Below are positions 26,632 through 39,723 of a stretch of DNA of 64,000 bases, piece after piece. Numbering within the stretch: position 1 is the first letter of the stretch; each line of letters opens with the position of its first letter. The notes under the pieces are model-generated. The model saw only the letters and a program-made list of their open reading frames with translations. It was not told the origin of the DNA and did no database searches. A program made the position numbers and the translations under genes. Source of the stretch: the human T2T-CHM13v2.0 reference genome, Homo sapiens; the NCBI RefSeq assembly GCF_009914755.1, contig NC_060944.1, one strand, 5' to 3'.

Positions 26632-27203
26632 TTTTTTTAAACTGTTAAGTTCAGGGGTACGTGTGCAGGTTCGTTCTATAGGCAAACTTGCGTCATGGAG
26701 GTTTGTAGTACAGATTATTTCGTTACCCATAAAGTACCCGTTAGTTATTTTTCCTGAGCCTCTCCCACCTCCCACCACCACCCTCCAATAGGCTCCAGTG
26801 TCTGCTGTCCCCCTCTGTGTGTCCATGTATTCTCATCACTTAGCTCGCACCTATTAAGTGAGAACATGCAGTACTTGGTTTTCTGTTCCCGTGATAGTTT
26901 GCTAAGGGTAATGGCCTCAAGCTCCATCCATGTCCCTGCAAAGGACGTGATCTCGTTCTTTATTATGGTTGCATAGTATTCCATGGTGGATACGTACCAC
27001 ATTTTCTTTATCCAGTATATCATTGATGGGCATTTAGGTTGATTCTGTGTCTTTGCTATGGTGAATAGTGTTGCAGTGAACATACACGTGTATGTGCCTT
27101 TATAATAGGATGATTTCCATTCCTTTGGGTATATACCCAGTAATGGGATTGTGAGTCAAATGTTATTTCTGTCTTTAGGACTTTGAGGAATCGCCACACT
27201 GTC
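26632..27203 (-). mobile_element. 5'-truncated L1PA (old primate, about L1PA11-15) 3' end with ORF2 C-terminal remnant
   Basis: ORF 26745-27083 gives MFTATLFTIAKTQNQPKCPS (L1 ORF2 C-terminus); TSD tgaggaacc(c/t)tcatt at 26619-26633 and 27204-27218. Confidence 0.92.
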
Positions 27204-27693
27204 TGAGGAACCTTCATTTGTTGGGAACCACCCAACACAGAGTAGATGCTCAGGAAATAAATATGCAGTGGATGAGTAATATGTGCAGAATGACCTGACT
27301 GAGTCACAAAGACCTTTCTGGTTGCATTTGCATCTGTCATTGTGTACATAGAGCCCTTCCCCTTAGTTCAGAGTCTCTCCCCTTGGCACTGTGGAGATTT
27401 GGGACTGGACCATTCCTTTGTTGGGGGTGGGGGCTGATGCTGTGCATTGTAGCATTAGTTTAGCAGTATCCCTGGCCTCTACCCTCTGGAATTGTGACAA
27501 TCAAAAAGGTTTCCAGACATTGCCAAGTGTTCTCTGTGGCAGGGGTGTGGAGTGAAGGGCAGAATCTCCTCTGTTACTGCTTTAGCTGATCGCAGTGAGG
27601 CCCTGTCCCTTTGCAGAACTTTATTCCATTCCCGCCTCCCACGGCATCCTCCTCAGCTTCCTCCTGCATCACTCTGCCGTTGGCATCCCCCCA

Positions 27694-27753
27694 ACACATA
27701 CGCACACAAACGTGCACACATGCACGCACACGCACGCACACGCACGCACGTAC
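27694..27753 (+). repeat. Degenerate (CA)n/(CACG)n tract
   Basis: acacatacgcacaca...cgcacgcacacgcacgcacgtac. Confidence 0.85.
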
Positions 27754-27832
27754 TTTCCTTCAATTGCTCCCCATCTGGCTTATGAAAGTGACAGAGAATA
27801 AAGCTTCTCTCTTACCCTCTCCCAACCCCCAC

Positions 27833-27970
27833 GTCGTTGTCCTGCACCTGGCTGGCCATCCAGGGCTCATCTCTTTTCTCTGAAATTCTCCAAGCATCCC
27901 TGTCATTGTCCTGCACCTGGCCGGCCAGCCAGGGCTCATCTCTTCTCTCTGAAACTCTCCAAGTAGCCAC
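27833..27970 (+). repeat. Two-copy 69-bp tandem duplication
   Basis: Units start at 27833 and 27902; about 9 mismatches. Confidence 0.92.
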
Positions 27971-28912
27971 TGAAGTCAGCAGGAACTCCCAAAGCAGAGA
28001 CATGCCGTGGGGGGAATATGGGAATCTGTCGCCTGATTTTTCATGGCCTTCTGAAATCACGAGAAGGGGTTGCATGGAAACGGTTGAAAGAAAATGATTT
28101 TTTAAGTGCCCCTCTGGCCACACTGGCCAGATTCAGGCTAGGTCTGGCAGCCAGAGCTCAGGGCACCACGTCATGCCTGAATTTTGTTTTATTTTTCTAT
28201 CCATTATTCGAAGGAATCATGCTGACTTTGGCTATTAAGTGAGCACTTACTATGCACCAACAAAGCACTCGGCATGTATTCACTCATTTCACGCCACTGC
28301 AACCTAGGAGATGGACACGGACACTATTATTATCCCCATTTTACAGTGGAGGAAATGAAGGCTTAGAGAGACACTTTACCCACGGGACACATCTAGTAGG
28401 AGGAGCAGCCAGGATTTGATCTCAGGACTGTCTGATGCCAGATAGTAATAATAAAAACAGCTAAGTTTACTGATGTATTTACTGAGTGCCGGGTGCTGCC
28501 TGGGGGGCTTTACATGAATTGATTTACTTAATCATCCCAGCAGCGCTATGGACTAGAAACCTTTGTGATTCCCATTGGTGGATGAGGAAACCGAGGCACA
28601 GCAAGGTTCTATGACTTGCCCAAGGTCGTGTGGCTGGGCTCCCGTCGTCCAGCTCTTAAACCCTCTGCTCTAGTGCAGGGGAGGAGGCAAACCATGTCTA
28701 AAAGGCCAAATCCAATCCACTGCCTATTTTTGTAAATAAAGTCTTATTAGAACACAGTCATCCCATTCATTTATATGCAGCTGCTTTCACAGTTCAATCG
28801 CAAAGTTCGGTAGTTCAGCAGAGACAGCGTGACCCACAAAGCCTGAAATCTTCACCGTCTGGCCGTTTACAGTAAATCTTTTCAACCCCTGCCCTAGGAC
28901 CTTCCCTAACTA

Positions 28913-29430
<518 letters not shown>

Positions 29431-30098
29431 TTAAAAAATAGAAATAAAATAACAAATGCTGGCAAGGATGCTGAGAAAGGGGAACTCTTACACCCTGTTG
29501 GTGGGAATGTAAATTAGCACTATTGTGGAAAACAATGTGGAGGTTTCTCAAGAAAACTAAAAATATAGCTACCATATGATCCAGCGATCCCACTACTGGG
29601 TATTATCCAAAGGAAAGGAAATCAATGTTGAGGACATATCTGCACTCTCATGTTCATTGCAACGCTATTCACAATAGCCCAGATATGGAATCAACCTAAG
29701 TGTCCATCAGCAATGAATGGAAAAAGAAAATGTGGTAGATACATATACACAATGGAGTACTATTCAGCCATAAAAAGGAACAAATCCTGCCATTCTCAGC
29801 AACATGAATGAGCTTGAGGGACATTGTGTTAAGTAAAATAAGCGAGGAACAGAAAGATAAATACCACATGTTCTCACTCGTAGTTGGAAGCTAAAAAAGT
29901 TAATCTCATGGAAGCAGAAAGCAGACTGGTGGTTACTAGAGGCTGAGAATGGTGCAGGGGTGAACCAGAGGCTGCTTAACAGATATGAAATTACAGCAAG
30001 AGAGGAGGAATAAGTTCCAGTGATCTATACCATAATAGGATGACTACAACTAACAACAATTGACTATGTATTTTCAAATAGCTAGAAAAGCAGATTTT

Positions 30099-30406
30099 CT
30101 TTCTTTCTTTCTTTTCTTTTTCTTTTTAAGACAGGATCTCACTGTTTGTCCAGTCTGGAGTGCAGTAGCACGATCAAGGCTCACCACAGCCTCAACCTCC
30201 TGGGCTTAAGTGATCCTCCCACCTCAGCCTCCTGAGTAGCTGGGACTATAGGCACATGCCACCACACCTGGCTAATTTTTTATTTTTGTAGAGATGGGGT
30301 CTTGCTATGTTGCCCAGGCTGGTCTTGAACTCTTGGTCTCAAGCGATCCTCCTTTCTCTGCCTCCCAAAGTTTTGGAATTACAGGCATGAGCGACCGTGC
30401 CCAGTC
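30099..30406 (-). mobile_element. AluJ-type
   Basis: TSD agcagatttt. Confidence 0.93.
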
Positions 30407-30849
30407 AGAGCAGATTTTGAATGTCCCCAACATAAAGAAATGATAAATGTTTGAGGTGATAGGTATGCTAATTACCCCAATACATTGTATACCTGTATCA
30501 AAATATCACACTGTACCCTATAAATATATACAATTATTATGTGTCAATTAAAAGTTTTTTTTTTAAAGATTGGGCCATTCCACATAGGCCCAGGTGCCTG
30601 CCTCAGCCCTGGAGAAAGAGAGGGGCATAAAGAAATCTAAGTTGCTTTCTCCTCAGTCTACTTAATCCCTGACAAAACCTGGTACATCTTCCACAGTGAG
30701 ATCATATGTCGCCTCTTCCATGAAGCCTTCCCTGATTCCTTCAGGCAGAGTGGGTGAGGATTTCCTCTGGGCTCCTCATTGCCTTGACTACCTTGTCGCA
30801 TCCTACCACGTAACGGCAAAGTCTGATTTTCCCTTTACATGCCTGAAGC

Positions 30850-31347
30850 AGACACTCTCAGGGCCTTGCCCACATCCCCACTCTTACTGCTTCAGTGCAC
30901 AGCTGGACTGTGGGTTTCTAGCTGCCAACACCTGTGTACCTTTACCCATGGGCCTTCTCTCACCACCAGAGAGCCTGCTTTGCCTGCCTGCATGGCAAGT
31001 CCAAAGCACCAGAGTGAATGCCTCTGTTCCCTGGCACCAGCCTTCAGCCAGTGCCTCACAGGAGTGGGTGTATAAATACCACTGCTCCCTCGCTCTACCC
31101 CTCCACCCCGTGGGATGACGGCGAGTGGCGTTTTCTACACTGACTCGCACAGTGCCTCAGCAGGACTAAGCCCCAGTTGCCCATGGTGGTAACTTGCTTG
31201 ATGACACACCCTGTATCGGCTCCTTCTGTTTCTCTTATCACATCCCCAGTCCCCTACTGGTGTTTCTCAGGATCATCTCCCAAATAAACTGCTTGCCCTG
31301 GAATCCTTGTCTCAGTGTCTGCTCCTAGGGAGCCCTCATCAAGTCAG
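30850..31347 (+). mobile_element. LTR16A/B-like ERVL solo LTR
   Basis: ggagtgggtgtataaatacc, gttgcccatggtggtaact, tcccaaataaact...tgtctcag. Confidence 0.75.
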
Positions 31348-34208
31348 CATCCTCTCTTATCCCTCCTGCAGGCAAAAGCTGGGTCTGTCTCTGAACCCAC
31401 CACAGGGCCTGCTGTAGAGCAGATGCTCACATCAGTCAGTCGTCAAAAAAGAAATGTACTGAGTAGCTGCTGTGTGCCAGGCACCGTGCCAAGCCCTGGG
31501 GACACAGCAGCAGACAGAACCGACAAGGTCCCTGCCCTGGTGAGCTGAGATTCTAGGACAATCAAACACAAATAAATACATGAGCTAACTTTAGATGGTC
31601 TCAGTGCTCTGGAGGAAATAAAACAGGGTCATGTGCAAGACCTAGGGGTCTTCCATACTCACTGGGGATTGTTTTTAATGACAATGTCCAGGCCTTATCC
31701 CCAGAAATGTCTGATTCATTTGGTCTGAAGTGGAGCCTGAGCATTGATATTTAACAAAAAAAACACCTCCCAAGGTGGTTCTGATGTGCAAAGAACACCT
31801 GAAGGTGGGCCGGGGGTGGTGGTGAGGACAGGCAGCTGGCCTCCCTGAGGAGGTAGCCTTCGGCTAAGCCAGGCGAACAAGCAGGAAAAGTGCTCTAGGC
31901 AGAAGCAGCTGCACATGCGAAGTCCCAGTGGCAAGAGGTACTATGGTGCAGGATGTTCAGCATGATGGGAACACGGGCTGCCAGGAGGAGACAGAGAGAG
32001 ATGAGGCCCACAGGCTTCGGGTCCTTGGTCTTAGAGCTCTTGAGCCATTGTGGCTCAGACTGCAGATCTTAACACATCAGCGGGTTATGAAATCAATTTG
32101 GTGAGCCACAGCCAGCATCGCAGGAAGAAAAGTAATAGAATCGAAAATACCAGAGTGTGTTGCACATGAGGTCAGTGTGGTTTTTTGAAACTTTTATTTG
32201 AAGTTTTATAAAGGTGTACACTGCACTGCATTGCAAAACAGGTTTCTTACTGTGAGTCTTGGTTGAAGAATTCGAAAGCCACTGTTTTTAGTCCCTGTGA
32301 AAGTTTGGAATTTAGCCCAAGGGGCAGTGGGGAGCAATTAAAGAGGTTTTAGTGGGGGGCATGACAAGGTCAGATGTATGTTTAAAAATCTCACTCCAGG
32401 AGTGTGGAGAACAGATTTGGAGGAGGTGGGCAGTGGAGGCTGGGAGGCGTCTTGGCAGGCTGTTGGAGGCAGTCACTGGGGTGTGACAAAGAGAACCAAG
32501 TAGCACCTGGCACACAGAGGTCCGCAGGTGGCTGTTGAAGGGATGCACGTGTCTGCAACATGGGAGGATCCTGGGAGGTTGAAAGGCAACATTTCAAGCT
32601 TTGCCTCCAACCCCTCCCTGGGATGACCACCTACTTGTCACCTGTCCTGTGACGCAGGTATCCCAGGCATGGCAGATAATAGACTCTGATTTTAACACTT
32701 CCTGTTTGCCAGACACTCTGCTAAATGCTTTCAAAACTCATGTAATGCCCTCAGAACAACCCCATTGGTAAGTACTGTTAGGATTCCCGTTTCACAGATG
32801 AGGAAACTGAGACCGAGAAAGGATGTTACTTGCCCAAGGTCACAGCGATCATCAAGCTGTGTAGCTGGCACTCCAGCCGGGCAGTGCGGCTCTAGAGTCT
32901 GTGTGCCCCAGCATCTGCTGCAGTCATGTGGGAGCCAAGCTGCTTGGGTTTGAATTTAGGGGATAATACACTGAGTACTCTCGTGAGGATTTAGTAAGGG
33001 ACGGTCAGTGAGTAATACATTCAGGGCAGTAAGGGCCTGGAGCTTAGGACGTGCTAGATAAATGAGAGTGAGTTGTGCCACTAGACGCCCAACTTGTAGA
33101 GTTGGATTCAAATTCACGTAACTTGTGAACAGACGGTGGAACTGCCAGGGTTGGAATCCGCCTCTGACACTTAACTGCCTGCATCGCAGGAGTGTGGTAC
33201 CAGCGCTGGCTCTTGTAATTAGGTGCTCTATGTCCAGTACTTAGAACTGAGCCCGACCTTGGTGAACCCTAAGCATGAGCCATTGATCCCACTGCTCAAG
33301 GTCATACAGGAATACAAGGGCCAAGGCTGGAGTTCAAACCCACAGCCAGCTTGCTACTGAGCAACTACAGCCCAGTGTAAAAAGGGCTTTAAACAGTCAA
33401 GTTAGGTTTTTCTCTGGCTCTTCGAATCCTTAATCCCTTCTCTCCATGTCTGCCCACCAGCAGTGTTCCCAAGTTAGAGCTTCCAGCCCAGGCAGGCCGC
33501 CAGAGTCACCAGGCACCCCAGGGCACAGAGACCCATCCACAGCCTTGGGCAAAGGTGGGGGGTTGGAGGGAAGCCTCTGAGAGAGCTGGAAGGTCCCAGC
33601 CCCGCAGTGGCCACCAGGTGCCAGGGCCTGGGCCTCACGCCTCATAGCTCCTGAGTCTGACCTAAGCGTGCCTTCTTCCCAGCGTGCAGAACTGTTTGCC
33701 TGGGCGTAGGTTGGAGACAGGTGACCCCACCTGGTGGGTTCAGGCCCACGCTTGTTCAGCCTCCTAGACGCTCTGAGTCTTGGCCTCCTGACTCCTCTGG
33801 GGTTGGCGCAGCCTTGCTTGCCTTGGCTCCCGTCCACCGGGCTGTTCCCTGCACGTACGAGTGGCCCTTTAGAATGTGTTTGTCTGGTCAAGGTTGACAA
33901 ACTTCCTGAGCCCACGTCTGTTGACTTTTGTGGGACCTTCTGGCTACCTGGCTGCCGCGGATGCTTCGCTCAAGCCCTGTCTTCTCTCTTGGGGTGTGGA
34001 GTCAGCTAAGAGGGCAGCAGAGCTGGCTGTGTTCACGGAATCCAGTGTCTGGAGAGAAAGCTGGTGCCCATGGCGGCTGGGACTGGCAAGTGAAAACTTG
34101 AAATTCCATGAATGTAGCACCTGGTGATTCTTTGGAGAACTTTAAAATGCAGCATGAGTATAAACTGTTCTTAACAACCAGGATATGAACGAGGCAACCT
34201 CTTACAGT

Positions 34209-34365
34209 CTTTTTTTCTTTTTCTTTTTTGGGATGGGATATCCCTCTGTTACTCAGGCTGGAGTGCAGTGGTGGCATCATAGCCTTGAGCTCCTGGGTTC
34301 ACGTGATCCTGCTGCCTCCGCATCCCAAAGTGCTGGGATTACAGGGATGGGCCACTGTGCCCAGC
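34209..34365 (-). mobile_element. FAM/FRAM-like Alu monomer
   Basis: Single arm ending cccaaagtgctgggattacagg...cccagc. Confidence 0.75.
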
Positions 34366-34606
34366 ATACCGTTCATTCATTTGTTAATTCAGCAAAATAC
34401 TATTCATCACATATTCTGTGGCAGGTGCTGTTCTAAGCACAGGGATAGAGCAGGAACAATCTAGCTACAGCCTCTGTTCTCATGGAGCATGTTAAGGTCT
34501 CCAGCAACACTGTCCGAGAAAAATATAACATGCTTTACCAGTGTGAGCCACATATGTAACTGCAAATTTTCTAGTAGCCTTGTTAAAAAAAATATGTAAA
34601 ACAGCA

Positions 34607-34905
34607 GGCCTGGCGCGGTGGCTCACACCTGTAATCCCAGTACTTTGGGAGGCCGAGGTGGGCGGATCACGAGGTCAGGACATCGAGACCGTCCTGGCTA
34701 ACACGGTGAAACCCTGTCTCTACTCAAAATACAAAAAAAATTAGCCGGGCATGGTGGTGGGTGCCTGTAGTCCCAGCTACTTAGGAGGCTGAGGCAGGAG
34801 AATGGTGTCAACCTGGGAGGCGGACCTTGCAGTGAGTCGGTATCATATTGTGCCACTGCACTCCAGCCTGGGCGACAGAGCGAGACTCCATCTCAAAAAA
34901 AAAAA
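34607..34905 (+). mobile_element. AluY
   Basis: Y diagnostics ggatcacgaggtc, cctggctaacacggtg, gaatggtgt. Confidence 0.93.
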
Positions 34906-35057
34906 CTGTGAAACAGTACATTTTATTTAACTCAAGATGTCAAAAAATATTATCATTTCAATACATCATCCATACTTTTAAGATTACTAATGCATTATTT
35001 TACTTTTTTTGTATCAAGTCTTTGAGATCTGGTGTGTGTTTGGACACATCTCAATTT

Positions 35058-35381
35058 GTTTTTTGTTTGTTTGTGTTTGTTTTTGTTTTGGGGACAGAGT
35101 CTTACTCTGTCACCCATGCTGGAGTGCAGTGACGAAATCTCAGCTCACTGCAACGTCCACCTCCCAAGGTTCAAGCGATTCTCGTGCCTCAGACACCCAA
35201 GTAGCTGGGACTACAGGCACACACCACCACATCCAGCTAATTTTTGTTTTGTTTTGTTTTTAGTTGAGATGGGGTTTCACCATGTTGGTCAGGCTGGTCT
35301 CGAACTGCTGACCTCAAGTGATCTGCCCACCTCGGCCTCCCGAAGTGTTGGGATTACAAGCTGGAGCCACTGCACCTGGCC
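35058..35381 (-). mobile_element. AluS-type
   Basis: TSD cacatctcaattt. Confidence 0.93.
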
Positions 35382-37270
35382 CACATCTCAATTTAAACTA
35401 GCCACATTTCAAGTCACCTGTGGCTCATGGCTACTGATTAGAGTCTAAAGAGAGAGATAAGCATTATACAATTAAATACTCAGCTGTTAATTCCAATGGT
35501 AGTAAATGTCATGATTGACAAGTTCAGAGTGCAGTGGAAATTAATCCAGTCAGGGAGGATGGTGATAGCAGTAATGGTATCAGGGAAGGCTTCCTAGAAG
35601 CAGTGACTTTGTGATTTTTATGCAGAAACCTAAAGTGGGGTGAAGGGGAAGGATGAGCATTCAGGACAGAGGGAACAGCTGTGAGCAGACCCCAAGGTGC
35701 CAAGGAGCTTGCTGCTTTTAAGGGATACCAGGTAAAATGCTGGTATCACCAGAGAGTTGAGTAGGAAGGGATGCAACAGGAGAGGTTAGCAGGAGCCAGG
35801 CCATGTGAAGCAGCTCACATGGCTCCTGGTGCACAGCAGTGCTGCACTCACAATGACAATTGGCACTTGGAGAGACAGCTGCTGCTTGCAGTTACATCAC
35901 AGATCGGGATGATTGGCTTGACCTTGTGTATTGGAGGCCTCCAGGACAACCCCTGGTGGTGGCATAGACAGCAGCCATCATCCCTCCTTGCAGGCCAACA
36001 GAAGCTCGATCTTATCTGGCTGACCATGGGCTCTGCCCAAGGAGATGAAGGGTGGTTAGACCAAGCCCCTTGTGATTGGTCTGGATGAGATATGGGGGAT
36101 GGCTGCTGGAGGATGCTGATGGAGATATTCCTCTGAGATAAAATGAAGGCGCCACATGAATGGAGCCTCTTTTCCCACTTTCTTCCTTCCTGCTTAGAGT
36201 AGGGCCATGTCCAGTTGTGTTTCTTAGAAATGTGGCTTCTGATGTCCTGTGACCCTAGGGGGAGGACAAGAGACAGGCGAAGGTGCCCATCTAGGGCCCT
36301 GATCTTGTTAACCCACCTGAACCGCCATCACCAGACATCTTAGCAATTGTGATCATTCATATCTGCACCTTTTACTGTAACATGCATTGTGTGGGATGAA
36401 CCCAAGAATGGCAAACATTTACCTGGCACTTACTGTGCTCCAGGTGTTCCTCAAAGCCCTTTGTCTCACGTCATCCTCACAGCAACTCTCTGAGGTTGGC
36501 GCCTTTCTTATCCCCATTGTACAGATGAGCAGGGACTCACGCCCAAGGGTTGCGGCTGTATCTTTTAACCGTCACCCTATACTGCCCCCTCCGTGTTTAA
36601 ACATGTTGGTTTGGAAAGCTCATTCCCCTCCCCTTCACCACCCCCCAGAACATCATTCCTCTAAAACAGGTTTCTCATGCTCAGCACTTTTGACATTTTG
36701 GGTTGGATGATTGTTGTGGAGCTGTCCTGTGTGTTACGGGATTTTAGTAGCATTCCTGACTTCTACCCACCGGATGCCAATAGCACCCTCCCCATTGGTG
36801 ATAACCAAAAATATATCCAGACATTGCCAGGTGTCCTCTGGGCAGCAAAATCCCACCCCGCCGCGCCCCCCACCGACCCCACTAAGAACCTCTACGCTAA
36901 AAGATGTTTTCCTGCCAGTCACCTGGGTCGCTCTGTGTCCTTGTTCAGGTTAACGTTTCTGAACCTCTCTTTCCTCTTCTGTAAAATGAGGGGACAGTAT
37001 TACGTATCTCATGGGTTATTTTAAGGATTAAATCAGCCAGTGTATGGAAAGCAGCTAACAGTGCTGAGTGCATAATGAGCACTTGCTCGGTGTGATGATT
37101 TGACCTACACGGCTCTTTCTTGTCTGTTTTCAGCTAACAGGAACTGCTAGCTGGGATTTTTTTTACCAGCAAAAGAGAATTCCTTGATCCAAGGTGAAAT
37201 CTACCAGGGTGTTAGCTCTGGGAGTCAGAGGCTCCATCTGTCTTCCTCCGCTACTGGATTGCCAGGAATT

Positions 37271-37475
<205 letters not shown>

Positions 37476-39159
37476 TAAATCAGTGCTGGCACATAGTAGG
37501 TTCTCTGTAGTATTTGTTGACTGAATAAGTGACTTAAATCCCTTTGATTAGCTATATAACTTTTTTATAGATTTCTCTTGTTTCTTTCATTCTTCCCTGC
37601 CTTCCTCTGTCTTTGTTTCTCCTCTTTTGTTTTTGTTTGTTTACTTATGTGTCTTGTTGTTGTTGTTTTTTATTTGTTTTTACTATGGCTTTGGTTTCAC
37701 TACCCAAGAAATCCCAGACTTCAGCACTGGAAGCTAAAGCTGAACTAAGCTAACTCAGGAGCCTCAAATCTATTTTAGGAGTTAATTCCCTTGGCTTGGT
37801 TCAGCCCCACAATGCACTCTTTGGGGGTTCATTTAATTTTTCTTAGCAGGTTCTGGCTGGATGTTAAACCTGGGCAAGGGAATGTGCTTCAGGCTGTTGA
37901 GTTTAGGCTTTACTTAGAATCTGAAGTCCCTCCACCATTTGTGTACAAACATCATTATAATATAATTTACTATTAAATGTAAGGGGGTGAAGGGGCATGC
38001 AGAGGTCACACATGTTCCCTGAAACATAATCCTATAATTAAAAGTGTGCTAGACCATAAAACTTACGATGTTCCCATCTCTAAGGCTACTTTTATAAAAT
38101 GCATCTCATGTTCTTCCGTCGGATCTTCTGACCTGAGGCATAATATTAAAACATAGATCAACTCAAAGGGTCTTTGATTTATATGGTACATTTGCAGACA
38201 CCGACTGCAGTTCTTGGTGAAGAATCAGTTCTCAGATTGCCATAGTTAAGCGCGACTGAAGCGCGGTGAAAGTACTTCCTAAAATCCAGAGCGAATGTGA
38301 ATTCATCTTTTTCTCAAATAGCCACCATTTTGAAAATTTCTCTGTTTCCATTTCACTACTGTCCTCTGCTATAGAAATTAGGGTTTTCTGCTTGTTTAAG
38401 TGTATATAAAAATAGAGGAGAGGTTCTCAACCAGGGTTGATGTTGACCCCAGGGGACATTTTGCAATGTTTGGAGACATTTTTAGTTGTTACAACTCGGG
38501 GAGAGGGCAGCTACTGGTAACTGGTGAGGACAGGGGCCAGAGATGCTGCTAAACAGCCTGCAATTCCCTGTACAACAAAGAATCACCCAGCCCAAAAACC
38601 TCAATAGTGCCAAGGCTGAGAATTTCTGAGATAGAGAGACGTTCGTTTCATCATTGATTAAAATAGGGTAAAAAAACCCAAACTGTGAATAACCTGGATG
38701 TACATTGGTGGGGGGATGGTTAAATAATAAACTCTGCTACATTATTTCAGTGGAATACTATGCAGACGTTGAAGAAGAAGCAGGCGGCTCCATGTGTACT
38801 GATGTCGAAAACTGTCCAGGATGTATTTTTAAATGGAAATAAAAACAAACACAACAGAGTTTTTGTTAAACCATTATGTTTTTGGTGATATTAAGGAATT
38901 TTGTGCCTTAATGTTAAGGAATATTGTGGCTATGTTTTCAAAAAAAGGGTCTTTTTTTAGAGAGAGACTTACACGGAAATATTGACAAATGAAGTGATAT
39001 TATGGGGTTTGCTTCAAAATACTATGACAGGGGGAAATAGATGGAGTGGAAATGGGGCAGGACTGGCCATGAGTGCTGGGGCTGTGTGATGAGTTTAGGA
39101 AAGCTCATTAGATGAGTCTGAGTATTTTTGCAGTGTTTTTGAAATTCTCCATAAAGTTG

Positions 39160-39161
<2 letters not shown>

Positions 39162-39192
<31 letters not shown>

Positions 39193-39201
39193 CACACACA
39201 C
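39162..39201 (+). repeat. Imperfect (CA)n microsatellite within old L1M fragments (about 38640-39860)
   Basis: Read directly. Confidence 0.9.
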
Positions 39202-39268
39202 GTAAATGCACTGAAGAAGATCTGGTGGGAGATAAGAGATGGTGAGTAGATAGAAAAATACAGACAGA

Positions 39269-39723
39269 TGTAGATTTGGCTCTGTGTAACAAAGAGCTTA
39301 AATAACAGTGGCATAAATAACCTAGGAGTTTATTTCTCTCTCATCTAAGAGTCTGAGCAGCAGCTCTGCTCTGCAAAGTCATCAGCAGCCCAGATTCCTT
39401 TCATCTTGTTTCCTCATCCTTAAGGTGCTGCTCTTTTCCTCATTGTCCAAGATGGCACTCCATCACATGACGTTCTATCCAATAGGAATGGGAAAAAGAG
39501 GAAGGTCCACCCCATTCCTTTAAGGACCTAACCTACATGTTACTTGCATCACTTTTGATTCCACCCTAGTGACTGCGCTTAGTCACATGACCACAGCCTA
39601 ACTGCAAGGGAACCTGGGAAATGTAGTCTTTATTCTGGGTAGCTGAGTGCCCTGCTAAGAATCAGTTGTTTGTAGAAGAGAGAAGAGAAAGAATACTGGG
39701 GATCACCTAACAATCTCTACCAC
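39269..39723 (-). mobile_element. MLT1J-like LTR
   Basis: cttagtcacatgaccaca.cctaactgcaagggaacctgggaaatgtagtcttt. Confidence 0.75.

Larger units (their letters stand above)
34500..35440. mobile_element. MER33/MER3-type hAT MITE split by two Alus
   Basis: gagccacatatgtaa..aaattttctagtagcc; cacatctcaattt..actagccacatttcaagt. Confidence 0.75.

Noticed and set aside
26745-27083. 112-aa ORF with recognisable protein similarity
   Set aside because: It is the degraded C-terminus of L1 ORF2p in a 5'-truncated L1 copy.
27833-27970. CRISPR-like or coding repeat (unit is 23 codons)
   Set aside because: Only two adjacent units with no spacers, in a eukaryotic intron, and no splice-supported frame.
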